A stretch of DNA of 63,163 nucleotides, filler included, from Rhabdomonas costata (taxonomy: Eukaryota): assembly GCA_019059605.1 (NCBI GenBank). It is 35 parts of 35 records of this genome, joined end to end, with 100 filler letters (N's around TTAATTAATTAA, not from the genome) between each part and the next. Parts side by side here need not be neighbours in the genome. Positions count along the whole stretch, not along the records: positions 36,130 to 37,864 come from JAHMHO010010331.1; positions 37,965 to 39,670 come from JAHMHO010010332.1; positions 39,771 to 41,476 come from JAHMHO010010333.1; positions 41,577 to 43,282 come from JAHMHO010010334.1; positions 43,383 to 45,088 come from JAHMHO010010335.1; positions 45,189 to 46,895 come from JAHMHO010010336.1; positions 46,996 to 48,701 come from JAHMHO010010337.1; positions 48,802 to 50,507 come from JAHMHO010010338.1; 27 more parts are not named here. One strand, given 5' to 3'. The notes under the pieces were generated by a model that was not told the origin of the DNA, ran no database searches, and saw only the letters and a program-made list of their open reading frames with translations. Made by a program: the position numbers and the translations under genes. Of the stretch, positions 37,650 through 50,403 are shown one piece after another. Every line of letters begins with the position of its first letter. Within the stretch, counting starts at the first letter, position 1.

Positions 37650-38394
37650 CTGAAAAAGTGCCCCCGGACGGAATTCCTTTTGTTCCTCGCTGGCAAACGC
37701 AGCGACTTCCGCAAAAGCGAATCGGTACAGAATGGAAATCGGAGTGTGTGTTTTTAAGCCCCATTCCCGTTGTCTCGCCGCATCAGCGACCTGCAGAAAA
37801 TTCAAAGCTGGCTTGATCTGTCAAAAGCTGAAATGCACTGAAGTTTCGGAGAAAACCCCACACCNNNNNNNNNNNNNNNNNNNNNNNNNNNNNNNNNNNN
37901 NNNNNNNNTTAATTAATTAANNNNNNNNNNNNNNNNNNNNNNNNNNNNNNNNNNNNNNNNNNNNGCAATGTAAGTTGCTTGCTTGCCATTGGTGACGTGG
38001 TGTCCTCACCAGCAACGCCCTGGGTTGAGGTGTGGTGGTGGTGGTGGGGAAAAGCTGAGTGGTCAGTGCTTGGGACGGTCAGTTGTAGTGCCCCTTGGTG
38101 GCCCTTTCGTTTCCCTTTTGCGCCGCTTCTGGTTTTGGGAGACAGAACCCTTGCCGTATGCAGAAGCCGCACGGGTTCACAGCATCCTGGGCGATGCCAC
38201 CCTCCCACTCAAAATTGCATTTTCTGGCTGGTTTAATCATGATTTAATCACCGCGATTCAATCAATTTGATTAATTCATGACAACCCTGCTGTCTTCCTC
38301 GGGACACAATGGGTGGAGGCCTTGGCCCCCCCCGGGGTTGTGGGCAGGGGTAAGTTGTTACCGGTCCCGCCGTCCAGCCGGATGTGGGGGAACT

Positions 38395-38464
38395 GTTTCC
38401 GGTTTGGGCAGAGTGGAGAGCCTCATGGCGTTATGAGGCTCTCCACTCTGCCCAAACCGGAAAC
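38395..38464. repeat. Perfect 32-bp-arm hairpin with 6-nt loop
   Basis: GTTTCCGGTTTGGGCAGAGTGGAGAGCCTCAT-GGCGTT-ATGAGGCTCTCCACTCTGCCCAAACCGGAAAC. Confidence 0.97.
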
Positions 38465-38962
38465 GCTAATTCGAACTTTTGCTTGAATTTTGTGCTCCAG
38501 TGTTGGGAATCTGGGATAGAGCGAGCAGAAATTGTATGCGTGATTTCCTTTAAGCCTGGACATCATCCTCACCTTAGCAGCCCTTCAGCTTGCGTCTACA
38601 CCAGCCGTGGTGCCGTTAGGGTGCACTTCGAAGCAAACGTCCTTAAGGAACCAAGAACAGGGTTCTTGGCCACCAAAAACTAAAACGAACGACATTCGCA
38701 GCCTGGCGACGGCTGAAACCTCACCTGACAAGGTCAAAAAAGTCACAAAAGAAGCACAAGAAAGAAAAAAAGAAACACAACGAAAACGCAAAAAAAAATG
38801 AAATGAAAAAGAAAAAGCGAAGAAAAAAGGGTTTCCAGATGAAAATCACCCCCCCCTCCAGGAACTCTATCAGAATAGTTTCATGCAAAAGTTACTGGCG
38901 AATCTAATAAAACGAAGGGCGAAGTACAATCCAATCCGATAGCAACTTTCCATTCAGCAAAC

Positions 38963-39234
38963 CTTCTGATGCTCTCTCTCATGGAGGCGTTGCATTCAAG
39001 CGCTGCAGCGTGAAGCTCGGGGTACCCTCCTCCCAAATACACCCCATGGATGCCTTGGGGAAGCTCTTGGTCCCGTAGTGGCGAGAACGGGACCAGCACG
39101 GCGCCGTGTTGTCTCAGCAACTGCAGGTTGGTATGGTAATAGAAGCAAAATGCTTCGTCAAACGCCACCGCAATGCGGCACGAGGAAGGAGCTGACGAAG
39201 CTGATGAAAAATGAGGTGGAAGATGAGTGCTCGG
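38963..39234 (-). CDS. cobB: Cobyrinate a,c-diamide synthase (CobB/CbiA family) glutamine-amidotransferase domain, single exon
   Basis: RIAVAFDEAFCFYYHTNLQLLRQHGAVLVPFSPLRDQELPQGIHGVYLGGGYPELHAAALECNASMRESIR is the characteristic CobB/CbiA segment (AFxFYY, FSPLxD, GGGYPE); TGCAG upstream and AG|GTTTG downstream. Confidence 0.92.
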
Positions 39235-40661
39235 CTGCACACCAGACCAGACCAGAGATGATCAGATGTTTTAGGAACGAAAACAGCAATCACACACACG
39301 AGATGCTTTTCAGATTCACTGACAGCTGTTGGATCTCGCAGGTTCGAGGGCTCTGGTCCGTCCCCCCTCCCCCTCCCTGGTGATAGTGTCGGCAAAGATG
39401 GCAAAAAGACGGTAGCGTTTGCTGTCAACATTTTGTCAGAGCTATCGTCTTTTTGAGTTTCGATGAAGACTGTGCGACAAGTTTGGAACGTTAAATATTG
39501 CTGTTCGTATCCGGTTGACATTTTTGACCAGCATCAACGTTCAGGATTTCAAACGTCATGAAATTTGCACTCATTGGCCTTAAAAACTATGCCGAATTGT
39601 TTTTATCGTGGCTATATTTTCACTGAAAACGGGGTGTGACTTCGTACTGAATGGTCTGCGAAAAAAACAANNNNNNNNNNNNNNNNNNNNNNNNNNNNNN
39701 NNNNNNNNNNNNNNTTAATTAATTAANNNNNNNNNNNNNNNNNNNNNNNNNNNNNNNNNNNNNNNNNNNNTTGTGTTGGTGTAGAGGCGGAGGAACACCT
39801 CCCAACCCAACGATAACAGCAAGGGCAATGCATCACCTGGTACACGGTGTGTGAGTCAATGCCCCTGACGTTGTTGGTGGAGGGAGGTTGTGACAGAGAG
39901 GCCGTAACCGTGCAGGTGGAAGGAGTACCGTAGAAGTACAGCATAAGTGCATGTTGCTACGAACCACCACCAAGGCTAAACCTCTCACTGAGGGAGTTCT
40001 GCGTGGCTTCGCCAAGGACGGAACGAGTGGAAGCACCTTATGGTGGTGAAACGAGTGAAGTGACAAGTGGTGTTGATGCATTCTTCAGGAGTGAGAGGGA
40101 AGGACCGAACGAACCACCTTATGGTGGGGAGTGAGGGACGTAGAGGATGTTAAAGTGGATGTTGAAGGGTCGTCACATTCACATCACTTCGTATGCACTT
40201 CGTGATGTTCATGTTCCTCTCTGTTTATTGGTCGGTCACACTCGCTCCTCTCACTGCGTTCGATGTCGCTCCTGTTCCTCCTCTCTATACGTTCTTTCGA
40301 TCACGGTTCACATTCACAGTCGTCGCTGCGCTCCTCTTGTTCATGTTCACATCTCTTGACGTCAGGATTCTCAGGTCTTCGAATCCTTCCTCTGTATGAA
40401 GAAGATACCCTTTACGTCCTCAGTCGCTACGCTCCAGCGTCCTGTATCCCCATTCGCTACGCTCATGGGCGCCCCTTCTTACACTCTACTACGCATTCTC
40501 GGTCCCTCGAATGCTTCGTGTGTATTCTATTACGGCATGCCTCGCCACGTTGGACATGCCTTCATGATGCGTGATTACAGCAAAATCACAGTTGTTACCG
40601 CCCTCCTCCTCTTCCAACTTTCCATAGTGCCCCATATGTCCTTTGTTGTGTGATGGCCCAG

Positions 40662-40918
40662 GACACGGCGATGATGGATGTGGACAGCGATGGGGAGGGT
40701 CTCACGGCGGATGCCCCCTCGGCTTCGCTGACTCTGCAGGACGCCACCCTGGAGTGCCTGCCCCAAGTCCTGGAGGCCGCGGAGCGGATGGGGTACCCCG
40801 TGCAGCTGCACATTGTCGCTGGGCTGCCCTCCTCGGTGTGCCAGGCCATGACATGCAACAGCGGCCCCCTGCGCACTGCGGACGCCCTGCGCTCCGCGGT
40901 CAGCCGGCTGCTGCCCAG
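40662..40918 (+). CDS. Coding exon, unknown protein
   Basis: CAG/GT-bounded, strongly GC3-biased frame (TLECLPQVLEAAERMGYPVQLHIVAGLP). Confidence 0.6.
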
Positions 40919-41687
40919 GTCTCTCTCCCTTCAAAGAGGTTGCCCAGGCCCCCTTCTGTCTTGGAGATTGTTTGCATGGCTTTGGTCAGCGGTGCTTTGG
41001 ATTCTGTTAGGAATGAAAATCCTGGGGGTTCAGGCTGAGCCACCTGTGTTTCTCCACCTGTGTGCGGCGCAAAAGAGGTTCCATGGACAAAACAAAACCG
41101 CCGGTTTAGAGGGTTGAGAAGAAAGGAAGAAGAAATCGTGTGCACATACCGCCTATGCTAGTTCTACACCGTTCCGGATATCCCTTCGCCCTTGCCCTTG
41201 TTTTATGGCCTGGTTCTCGCGGGCGGTTTCGGCATCCTTTTCTCTGGTATTGCCAATCTCACTGGATTTCTTCATAATCGCCTCTCTCTCCTGTCGCGAA
41301 GGTTCTCTGGGATGTGCCCCTTTCTGAATCTAAACCGCACCGCAACGTTCTCCCCAATGATGCTCCGCGCGCCCTCTCCCCCGCTGTCGCCGATGCGCGA
41401 TGACGGCGCCACCAGCCCCACCAGCCCTACCGCGGCCACCACCATCACCGCCACCCCAAACCAAACACACCCACACNNNNNNNNNNNNNNNNNNNNNNNN
41501 NNNNNNNNNNNNNNNNNNNNTTAATTAATTAANNNNNNNNNNNNNNNNNNNNNNNNNNNNNNNNNNNNNNNNNNNNAACACAGAAGCGGTTGGGACGACA
41601 TACGCAACCCCAGGCACGGACAACAGTTCCTCCCCACAGGACAGGGAATTCCCCAATAAAAGCGGGTGCAGAGGAACAAGCTGTGCC

Positions 41688-43140
41688 GTGTCCCACTGCG
41701 CCAGAACCTCAAGCGCGCACTTCACCGCACGGTACTCCGCGCGGCTACACCGCCGTGGGACGTTGAACAGGGCCAGCACGCGGTCCCCCAGGACTTTGTC
41801 CACCAGCCCGCGGTGCGCGGTGACCTGCTCGTGGACGACCTCGATGTACCGGTGGTATATGCGTTGCAGCTGTGGAAGCGGGGACATCATGTATGATGCA
41901 AATAGCCAAGCTGCGATGTGGTCGGGAACCGATCGGCCAGATAGACCAGAGTATACCAGGGCATCGTCCTTCCCGGAACCCTCAATGGTACCTTCCCATC
42001 TTTGGGGGACACCTCCCCATAAAGGTGGGGGTGGGCTGTACAAAAGTACAGGTGTGGGGCTGTACAAGCAAGGCTAGATGGGAACACTCGAGGGAACCCC
42101 TCTCCATGACACCTATGTAGGCCTATCACCAACAGGCTGCCAATTTTGTTACTACATAGGCGCTTGGTATTTTACATCCACTGGACTGCCAGGTTTGGCA
42201 TCCGAGGCTCCATTTCCCCATTCCAGCACCAAGACGTCCTATTTCACTGGGCCAGCGTTTACATAAGCACAAGAGAGGCAGAAGGAGCTGGAAAGCCACC
42301 TTCTCTAGGTCCTTGGAGGCCGCCAGGGAGGTGAAACCGGAGAGGTCAAAGCAGGCCACAGTGCACAGCCGAGGGGTCTGCGAGAAGCCAAGGTCCGGTG
42401 GACCAGAACTTGCCCTCCTCTTGCGAGTTGGCCTGGGTCCACCTTCGCTGGTTCCCGTGCTGCCGTCAGATTGGTCTCCGATTAACGCGCCCGCTCTCTG
42501 ATTGAAAAATGCATAAGGTTGTTTTTCATGGACTGTAAAACTGCGCTGTACAACTCCCACAACGCCGAAGGGCCAAAAAGAATTTGGGGAACAAAGACAG
42601 TAGTATACTTATGCCATCGTCAAGCATAAAATTCCCTGTGCGGGGGCTGAACTTGTGAAGGCTACAATGGGACACTACGAGATTATGGGAAATTTGATGC
42701 AAGCCCTATCCGTGCTCGTGATCTGCAGACACCAAACACCACAACGACAAGGACAGGGAAGCCAGGTATTCAACCGACTATACTCACGTTGAAAGTGCTT
42801 CCCAGATCAAAACAAACCACACACCGGGCTTCCCGGCTCCACCACCGAAGCGTCAAAGGTTGAAGGGGAGGCCGGGCAAACTCCCTGGGAGGTATCTTCT
42901 TCGGAGTGACTACGGCCGGTCTGTATAAACAGCGACTCCGGCATAAACTTCCGGTACTCCGCAAGGCTCCGCGTCAGTGTGTTGAAGGCCTGCGTCAGCG
43001 TGTCGATTTCCTTGTACACGGAGCGGGGAAAGGGCTGCACCTGCACCACGTCCAGGGCACACAGCAGCTCCACCTCTCGGACCAGGCGGATCAATGGGGC
43101 TGTCGAAAGCCTCACCAGGAGCGCAGTGAGCACGGCCGTC
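41688..43140 (-). CDS. Receptor-type class III adenylyl cyclase (TM-HAMP-cyclase), three exons
   Basis: Exons 43140-42825 (PLIRL...KEIDTLTQAFNTL...YRKFMP), 42497-42300 (TVACFDLSGFT), 41869-~41688 (RGLVDKVLGDRVLALFNVP...AVKCAL). Confidence 0.9.
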
Positions 43141-43592
43141 CTGGAAGTACGCGAAGGGTACCCTTCAACTCAGAATGACCGGGCTGACAAAGACGATCGT
43201 ATTAGTGCTGCTCTGAAGCGCTGCGGTGGAACAAATCTGGGGAAGCCGCAGGGTGGCCTCCCCAGATTTGTTCCACCACACCNNNNNNNNNNNNNNNNNN
43301 NNNNNNNNNNNNNNNNNNNNNNNNNNTTAATTAATTAANNNNNNNNNNNNNNNNNNNNNNNNNNNNNNNNNNNNNNNNNNNNATATTTCGTCTGACATGG
43401 GGTCAGGAGGCGATGCACGTGTCCCTTAAAAAAGGTACACTGCTGAAGGTATGCCGTTCATATTTCAGCACCAGTACATTGGCACTGAGTGGTGGTGATG
43501 GTCATCTGGCCTGGACACACCGTACACGTGAAACTTTTGCTAGCACGATTGCTGCGTTCCTTCCCCTCCTTTCAGCGTTCCGTTTACTGCAG

Positions 43593-44992
43593 TCCCTTTT
43601 GGATTCTTCGGAGAAGCCCAGCCAGACGATGCTTGAGGTTCTGGCCACTCTGGAGCTGAGCAGCACGGACAAGTACTACGTGTGCCACTGCTGCAAGAAT
43701 TTCACGAGGTGCGTGTACGCTTGCCTCTGAGTGTTAGTGCGAATCACTGTAAGTGTCACTGTGAGTCAACGCGGGAGGGGGGGGGCTGTCGACAAGTGGG
43801 CGGCAGTACTCCTTCGACGATTTCGGGCTGCACTTTTCTGTTGGTACAGCTTTGTTTTTCTTTGCAGTGATCTGGCGGCCCACTTCGAGGATGAGCGCCA
43901 TCTCTTCGCTCTGCCGTGTCCCGACCACACCTGCAGCTGCGGCTGTCGCACTTCCCATCTCCCAACCTCTGCGGGCCACCTCTCTGACTCAACTGTGGCA
44001 GTAGCATCGGCCCCTGGTACCACCGCCTGTACCTCGGAGACCACCACAGAGGCGCAGGGCAAGTCTGCCACGGAGTCCGACGAGACTCTGTGGGAGCACT
44101 TCTTGAGCTTCCATCGCACCGGTGCTGCAATAGCAGAGGGGGCGGAGGATGCCTCTCCTGAGAGGAAGGCGGCGATGGCAGCGACGACAGCGAAGACCAA
44201 GGACGAAGCTAAAGCCGCCTTTGTTCAGTGGCTGGAGGAGTTGGGGCTGGCCCGGCACCCGACGGCGCAGGACGTGCAGGACAAGGCCACGGCCTACGCC
44301 GACGCCTTCATGGAGCGGTACAACCCCGCAAGCCCCGAAAACCCAGAGGGCCAGCAGCTGGGCGAGAACCTGAACTGGAACGGCGTGGCCGCAGTGCATA
44401 CCTACACGTTGGAAACAGAAATATATCCCAAGGTATGACCCCATTTTCCTGTTGTGGTTATGGTATTGAGAAAGTTCAGCCGCAGCATAATCTCATTAAA
44501 TAAGGTGGGAGAGAATGCAACCTGTTGCGCGACAATCGCGAGGCATGACTAAAACCTAACACCACATTGCAGCGTAAGTGTGGATTTTTGTCACATCCGC
44601 ATTGTGAGGCGGCGCGTTGTTCTTTATGTTATACCCACCATTGCCACTTGGGGTGAGCTGTCCAGCTGAAACCTGTCCGCCATGCACTGCCAGTGGTTAT
44701 GTTAATGTTGCTCCCAACCTTTCATTAGCCTTCAGCTTTGCCCCGTCTTTTGGCATTGGATGGTTGGATATCGCTTCGATTACCTCGGGCGTCTTTCACT
44801 TCCATCCTTCTGTGAGATTGTCCCGTCCCTCTTCGTTTCTCAGATGAACGCCGCTCTTCGAGGGAAGGACAAGGCCGCGCTGCAGAGGTGGAAAAACCTT
44901 GCGCTGCACTTGGATTCAGGCCTGCAGGAACTGCCCCCAGTGGAGACCGGGGGGCACCCGCTGTACCGCGGCATCACTGCCAAAGTGGACCT
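43593..44992 (+). CDS. Zinc finger + mono-ADP-ribosyltransferase (ART) domain protein
   Basis: Introns 43709-43867 and 44433-44843 removed: CHCCKNFTSDLAAHFEDERH (C2H2-like), AVHTYTLETEIYPK-MNAALR...LDSGLQELP...LYRG. Confidence 0.85.
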
Positions 44993-46419
44993 GGTGCAAC
45001 CCCGCCTCACGCACACATCGATCACACATCATCCATCCATTCATCTTCAGGCCACCCCAAAATCGATCCTCTGGTCCATGTCTGAACTNNNNNNNNNNNN
45101 NNNNNNNNNNNNNNNNNNNNNNNNNNNNNNNNTTAATTAATTAANNNNNNNNNNNNNNNNNNNNNNNNNNNNNNNNNNNNNNNNNNNNTTGTTGTGTTGG
45201 GGTTCTCCAGCCTCTGCTTTATTCTCTGCACCACGGCCGCGCGAGCGGGCTCGAAGGGCAGAATGGAGTTAAACTTTTCGAAGGCCTGCGCAGGAATCCA
45301 AAGTGCCGCTGGGAGAGGGGCGCGGGACTGTCAAGGGGTTGTGGGATTTTCGCTGGATGCAATTATTGTCTGCGCACCCTTGAACATGGTTTGCAGCGAG
45401 CAACGGGCAACACAGCCTAACCGAACAATCTTTGTCACGTTGGCAAGGTTTTCTTCTTGACTAAGTGACAGTCGTAGCGTTAGTGCTTGTGTGATGAAAA
45501 AAATGAAAGGAAACACACACACACACACACACACAGAGTTGGTGTAAAGGGTAGACACTGATACGGATAATGTCAGGCACCGAATCCACATCACGGTCTA
45601 ACACGCTGGTCTCGATTAGGAAAAAAAACCAGGACGTCCCCTGTGGAACTAGGGGACTAGCAGGTGCCTGGTTGGCGATATAAGTTGCCTGGAGATGACG
45701 GAGTCTCGAGCAGTCGAGACGCTCAAGACTTAAGATGATAACAGAGAAAGGTCTCTTTGGGTGAGGAGGTCTCTCTCACTCTCTCTCTCTCTCGAACACG
45801 GGACATTCTTCTGTCCCCCTGTCGATGGCCTCCTAGGCAACTGCACTGCCTTTCGCCGTTTGCTTTGCACTCCATGCCATTCATTTGGGTGTTGTTTCCT
45901 CACTTACTAAAGGGGCCGGCACTCGGGCTGCGCCTCACACACACACACACACACACACACATGGCGCCTTGCCCCCCCTCACACTTACATAGCAGTGTCG
46001 CACACGAGCGATGATGGCAGCTATAAGCTTCGCACAGGGATAAAAGCCAATACGCTAGCCCTCCAAATTAACTGTGGGTGGCAGAGTGCGGGAGGGTAAG
46101 GAAGCCTGAATGAGTTGACTTATTATTCTCTATTGTCTTATCCAGCTGCACCACACAGCAAGCAAACAGGCTCACGACTCACTACTGTGAGTCACCAGAA
46201 GCATTGGAAGAATGAGATTAACTCACCTTTCACCAACGAACGACAAATAAGAGCCTCCAATCACCGGTTTCACTCTCCCCCATGTTTTGTGTCATTATTC
46301 ATCATCACCATCATCCTCATCCTCATCCTCATCATATTCATCATCATCATCATATTCATCATGAAAACCGCAACTCAAATAAATGAAACTGGGTGTATCG
46401 CCCAATATGTTTCCGAGAC

Positions 46420-46545
46420 CTGGTCAAAGACCGCAAGGTCCTTCTCCTCAAAGGCTTGCAGCACCCCTTGCACAAACATGTGCTCCCTGGTCAAGGGGTC
46501 AAAGTTGAGGTCTTTCTCGGTGTACTCCGAGAACTTCGCTTGGGC
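46420..46545 (-). CDS. Alpha-SNAP (soluble NSF attachment protein) exon
   Basis: AQAKFSEYTEKDLNFDPLTREHMFVQGVLQAFEEKDLAVFDQ matches the C-terminal YxxxDxxF...TRE...A.EE.D..F pattern; CAG/GT borders. Confidence 0.75.
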
Positions 46546-47329
46546 CTGAGGATGCATGCGTATTCCGGGGGGGGGGGAGAGAAAAACCCGGGGAAAAAGA
46601 ACCTTCCGATTTCATTGCTCAACAATTTCGGTGCTTGGACTTCTGTGATACTGTGGGCCCCTTGTGTTTCTTGGGGCCCTGCGTTGCAGCTTCTCTTTGC
46701 CTTCCAAGTTCACTTTTGGCGTCTTCCTCCTGGATCGGTGCACACACTGATAGCATAGGTGGTGATGCCCACCTCGAAAACCAAAACCACGTTCCCACCT
46801 TATATTTTATCATTCGCTAATTTTTAGACCACCCGTACAGCGTGCTGGAAACGAGGAGCAAGGATAATGCACCTAAATTGGGGCCAACAACAACCNNNNN
46901 NNNNNNNNNNNNNNNNNNNNNNNNNNNNNNNNNNNNNNNTTAATTAATTAANNNNNNNNNNNNNNNNNNNNNNNNNNNNNNNNNNNNNNNNNNNNGTGGT
47001 GTTGTCTGTAGAGCCGGCACCCCAGGTCAAACAACAGTGCCATAGGATCCTCCGAAGGAGCATCCAGGCTGCGCGCGTCTTAGGTTAGGGGCAGCATTCT
47101 TTCCCTCACCATTTTCATTCACGCGTGTGTGTGTTTTTTAACGCATAACATGCAAAAAAACGTTTTCAGCGTAAAATCCGTATTGGTCCAAAATTCAAGA
47201 AGAAGAAGCAGAAGAAGGAAAGAAGCAAAAAAGAGCTTTTCTGCACCCCCCCCCCTGCATCTTTTCATCGCACATGCCAAACAGAAGCGAGCAAACACAA
47301 TAGTATAAAGCAGCGACAGGCAACTCACG

Positions 47330-47860
47330 TTTTCTTGCTCCTCCCTTTCTCTCTTGCCCGTGGCTGTTAGACCCAATGTCCCATGTCAAGTGTACCAAGT
47401 CAGTATCCCCACTCACGATCTATCAACTGCCGCGGTAATCCACGGAATTTCAAAGAACGTTGCCAAGAAAGTACAACAAAGTTGATCAAATGATCGACGA
47501 TCGCTACCTTCTTGACTTTCAGCTGCAGGCTCACGTCCCACTGGACAGCAGTACCAATGGGAATGCGAAACTCTGTGCTGTATTTGACCGGGGTACCATG
47601 CAGTAGTGATTGGGTCTTCTGCTTCAACAAAAACTCTAGAGGAGAAAACAAGGGCAAACAGTGAAGGAGAACCGAAGTTCTCGACAATTTTACGGCACAA
47701 TCAGAGAAGCAAAATGATCGGTGGTGGGGTAGCCTTGAGGCTGCTCTAAAAACAAAACAGAAGCACATACTGTAGCGAAAGGTCGGTACCACATTCTGCA
47801 AGCTTTGCACGTGAAGTTGGAGTCCATAAGTTCGGTCTTCTGCTTCACCGTTGGGTGAAA
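47330..47860 (-). CDS. Three short exons of a beta-rich (C2-like) domain
   Basis: YGLQLHVQSLQNVVPTFRY / FLLKQKTQ...WDVSLQLKVKK / IVSGDTDLVHLTWDI with GT-AG borders; 5' limit approximate. Confidence 0.5.
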
Positions 47861-48838
47861 TCATTGGTTTTTTTATAAATTCAGAACCAAAATCATTCAG
47901 CGAAAAGCGCTGTGCGAAGAAAAAATTGAACGAGACGCAAGACCAGAGTCAAAAAGAGTGTCTATGGCTTGCAGCGGGGTCACATAAGATTTTCTTTGGA
48001 AAATTGAATTGGAATGGAATTTTTAATGGGTACTTCTTTAAATTCGCTAAATTACTGTCTGCCCACTTGAACGTCTGGTCTGCTCTCACATCGCACCTCT
48101 TCTTTCAAGCTCACCTACATGGCATGCACCGTACCGGACGCCCCGCTGGGTTTGTCATACAGAGTCAGTACCCCAACTGCAATCCTCTTTTCTTTTTGCG
48201 AGCTCGTCCTGGCTCTCTCCGCATGGGTCCCGTGACATACCCTTTGCGCTCTTTGCATTTGCATTCACAGTGGGTGGTTTTCTGTTGCATTTCGTCTTGT
48301 CCGAGCGCTCATCCCCCTGAGGGGTGTAAAGGCGTTTGGCGAAATTCAGACCAAAAGCCAGAAGTGGGAGCGGCCAAAACCCGCCCCGCATTTTCCACAA
48401 TAAGAACACAAAAAGTGTGTCAAAAGTAAAATTTAAGAACGGCGAGGGTACTTTGTGCACTCTCTCCGAAAGTTTCAAGCAAAAAAAATTGAAGACGCTG
48501 GTGCACTTAACCACATAAATACGACCCTTGCCCTGCTTACCGAGGACTGGGAACCGTTCTCTCTCTCCCTTCTCGGCACTTAAATGCGTGCACAAAGTGT
48601 ATGAGTATGAACTACAGAAAAGGGCATAGAAAAGGCCAGAGTTTAACCCAATTTAAGGGTACCCACCCTCTCCAGCAAAAAGGAAGCCGAGCTTACACCA
48701 CNNNNNNNNNNNNNNNNNNNNNNNNNNNNNNNNNNNNNNNNNNNNTTAATTAATTAANNNNNNNNNNNNNNNNNNNNNNNNNNNNNNNNNNNNNNNNNNN
48801 NTGGAGAGGGGGGGGGGGTTGAAAAGGCTGGCGACGAC

Positions 48839-50403
48839 CTTGCCCTCCACAGAGCACAGCTGCACCACGATCTGTGCCAGCCGGGAAGCCAAAGGTCCGC
48901 CCACACCGCCATGTGGTGAGGCCTCTGCAGTGGCCCGCTCGTGCATCTGCAGAAGCCACCCCGGAAGCCCCGGGTCCAGCCACACCCCGGCCCACTCTGC
49001 GGCTGGGGTGAGCACGGCGGGATCCTCGTCCGGTGCACACAAGGCTGTGGCAGTGTTCAGGCGGTGGGGTAGGAAGGCCTCGAAGTTCCATGTCTGCACA
49101 TCACCCCCCGGCTCTCTCCCATACAAACACAGAATGGGGAAGGCTTGAAGGTGGCAGGGTCAACACCTAATGAATGCCCAGTGAATGATAGGCAACGGTC
49201 CCACTGCTAAAGGCGGAAAATTCCAAAGCACCAACATTGAAAAAGCAGTGCGTACACACCAAGCACAAGCTCACCGTGGAGGCAGCAGCACGCAGAGTGG
49301 CGTGTAGTGCAGCGAGGTGGGCCTGAGGGCTTCCGCCAGGTGGGGTGGTTCCCCAGCGCTGAAGCACCCCAACCGCGCGATCGAAGACGGCACGCAAGGC
49401 ACTCTCTTGAAACCTGTCAGAATAACAACCGCACAGGCATGCCCGTGTATGCAGGGTGCCGCGCAACAACGGCCATTCCCATTGTGTTACTGCTGGAAGG
49501 CAAAAAATGTGGTAAAAATGTGGTTTTGGTGAGCTGACTTTGAGCGACGTCAGGAAACAGTGCACCCACCGAAGCACACCCCAGGCGGCAGTACTCGTGA
49601 GCCTCGCAGACGATTCCGAGCTCGCTCGAGCGCGTGCGAAGATTGGAAAACTCCACAACCTGAACACAAATTTGGCATCAATGCGTGTCATCACGTTACA
49701 CATGGTATTCGAAAAATGAAACCGAAAAGAGCGAGCAAGCGAAGTCACACCAGGTTGTGAAGAAAGTCAGCGCCGATGCGGTTGCTTTCAGCCCTGGGTG
49801 CACTCAAGAACTGGTCGGCATCTTGCATCATCGATGAGCAAAGGTGCTTGATCCTGTAGAGAAACAGAAATACTCTGCCCATGAAATACCGAAATGCACT
49901 AAAGTATACACTAGAGTTCACCAAAGTAAACAAAAAATGAGCGCCACACTTGCAAACAAACAAACAAACAAACATTCATACAAACATACAAACCAACAAA
50001 CTGCCCGTCATTCACCAGCTCAGCGTTTTACCTTCAAAAGTGGGCTTCACCCTTCACGATTTCCACGGGGAGCCGGTCATGTTCGACCCGGAGCAAAAAA
50101 ATTCTGAGGGTGAAGCTCTGCGCTTTTTTAAAGCACAAAAGGCCTTCCAAAACCAGCGGAAAACAAGCGAGGCCTAAAAGGGCACTTTGCTTATGACCAT
50201 CCCCACCAGTTCTCCAGTCACAGGAACCTCTATTCCAAGAAGCCAAATGATCTGGCAATGAAATATGTATAAAACTGAGACACAACACACGCAGCAGGCT
50301 CCGCGCGGTTAGCATTCCACCACAGCTTTCGAAGAATGCAGAGCACTGCAATGGCTTGGCCAAACCCTGCCCAATCCAACCCAGGCTGCAGATGGCGTTC
50401 AGC
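48839..50403 (-). CDS. XPO4: Exportin-4-like protein, five N-terminal-region exons
   Basis: Exons 50403-50291, 49853-49751, 49659-49580, 49413-49275, 49093-48839 splice in frame: VEFSN...ELGIVCEAHEYCRLGFQESALRAVF, WNF, PAAEW...LD, QIVVQLCSVEGK. Confidence 0.8.

Noticed and set aside
37387-39234. Thioesterase next to cobB as a metabolic cluster
   Set aside because: They are on different contigs separated by a linker; adjacency is meaningless.
46545-46730. Euglenid-type non-conventional intron upstream of the alpha-SNAP exon
   Set aside because: A plausible upstream exon (EEDAKSELG) is out of phase with a GC donor, but I could not find convincing end pairing; every intron I could define on both sides is GT-AG.
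47350-47360. GC donor GG|GCAAGA
   Set aside because: Frame stays open to a strong GTGAGT donor about 28 nt downstream.
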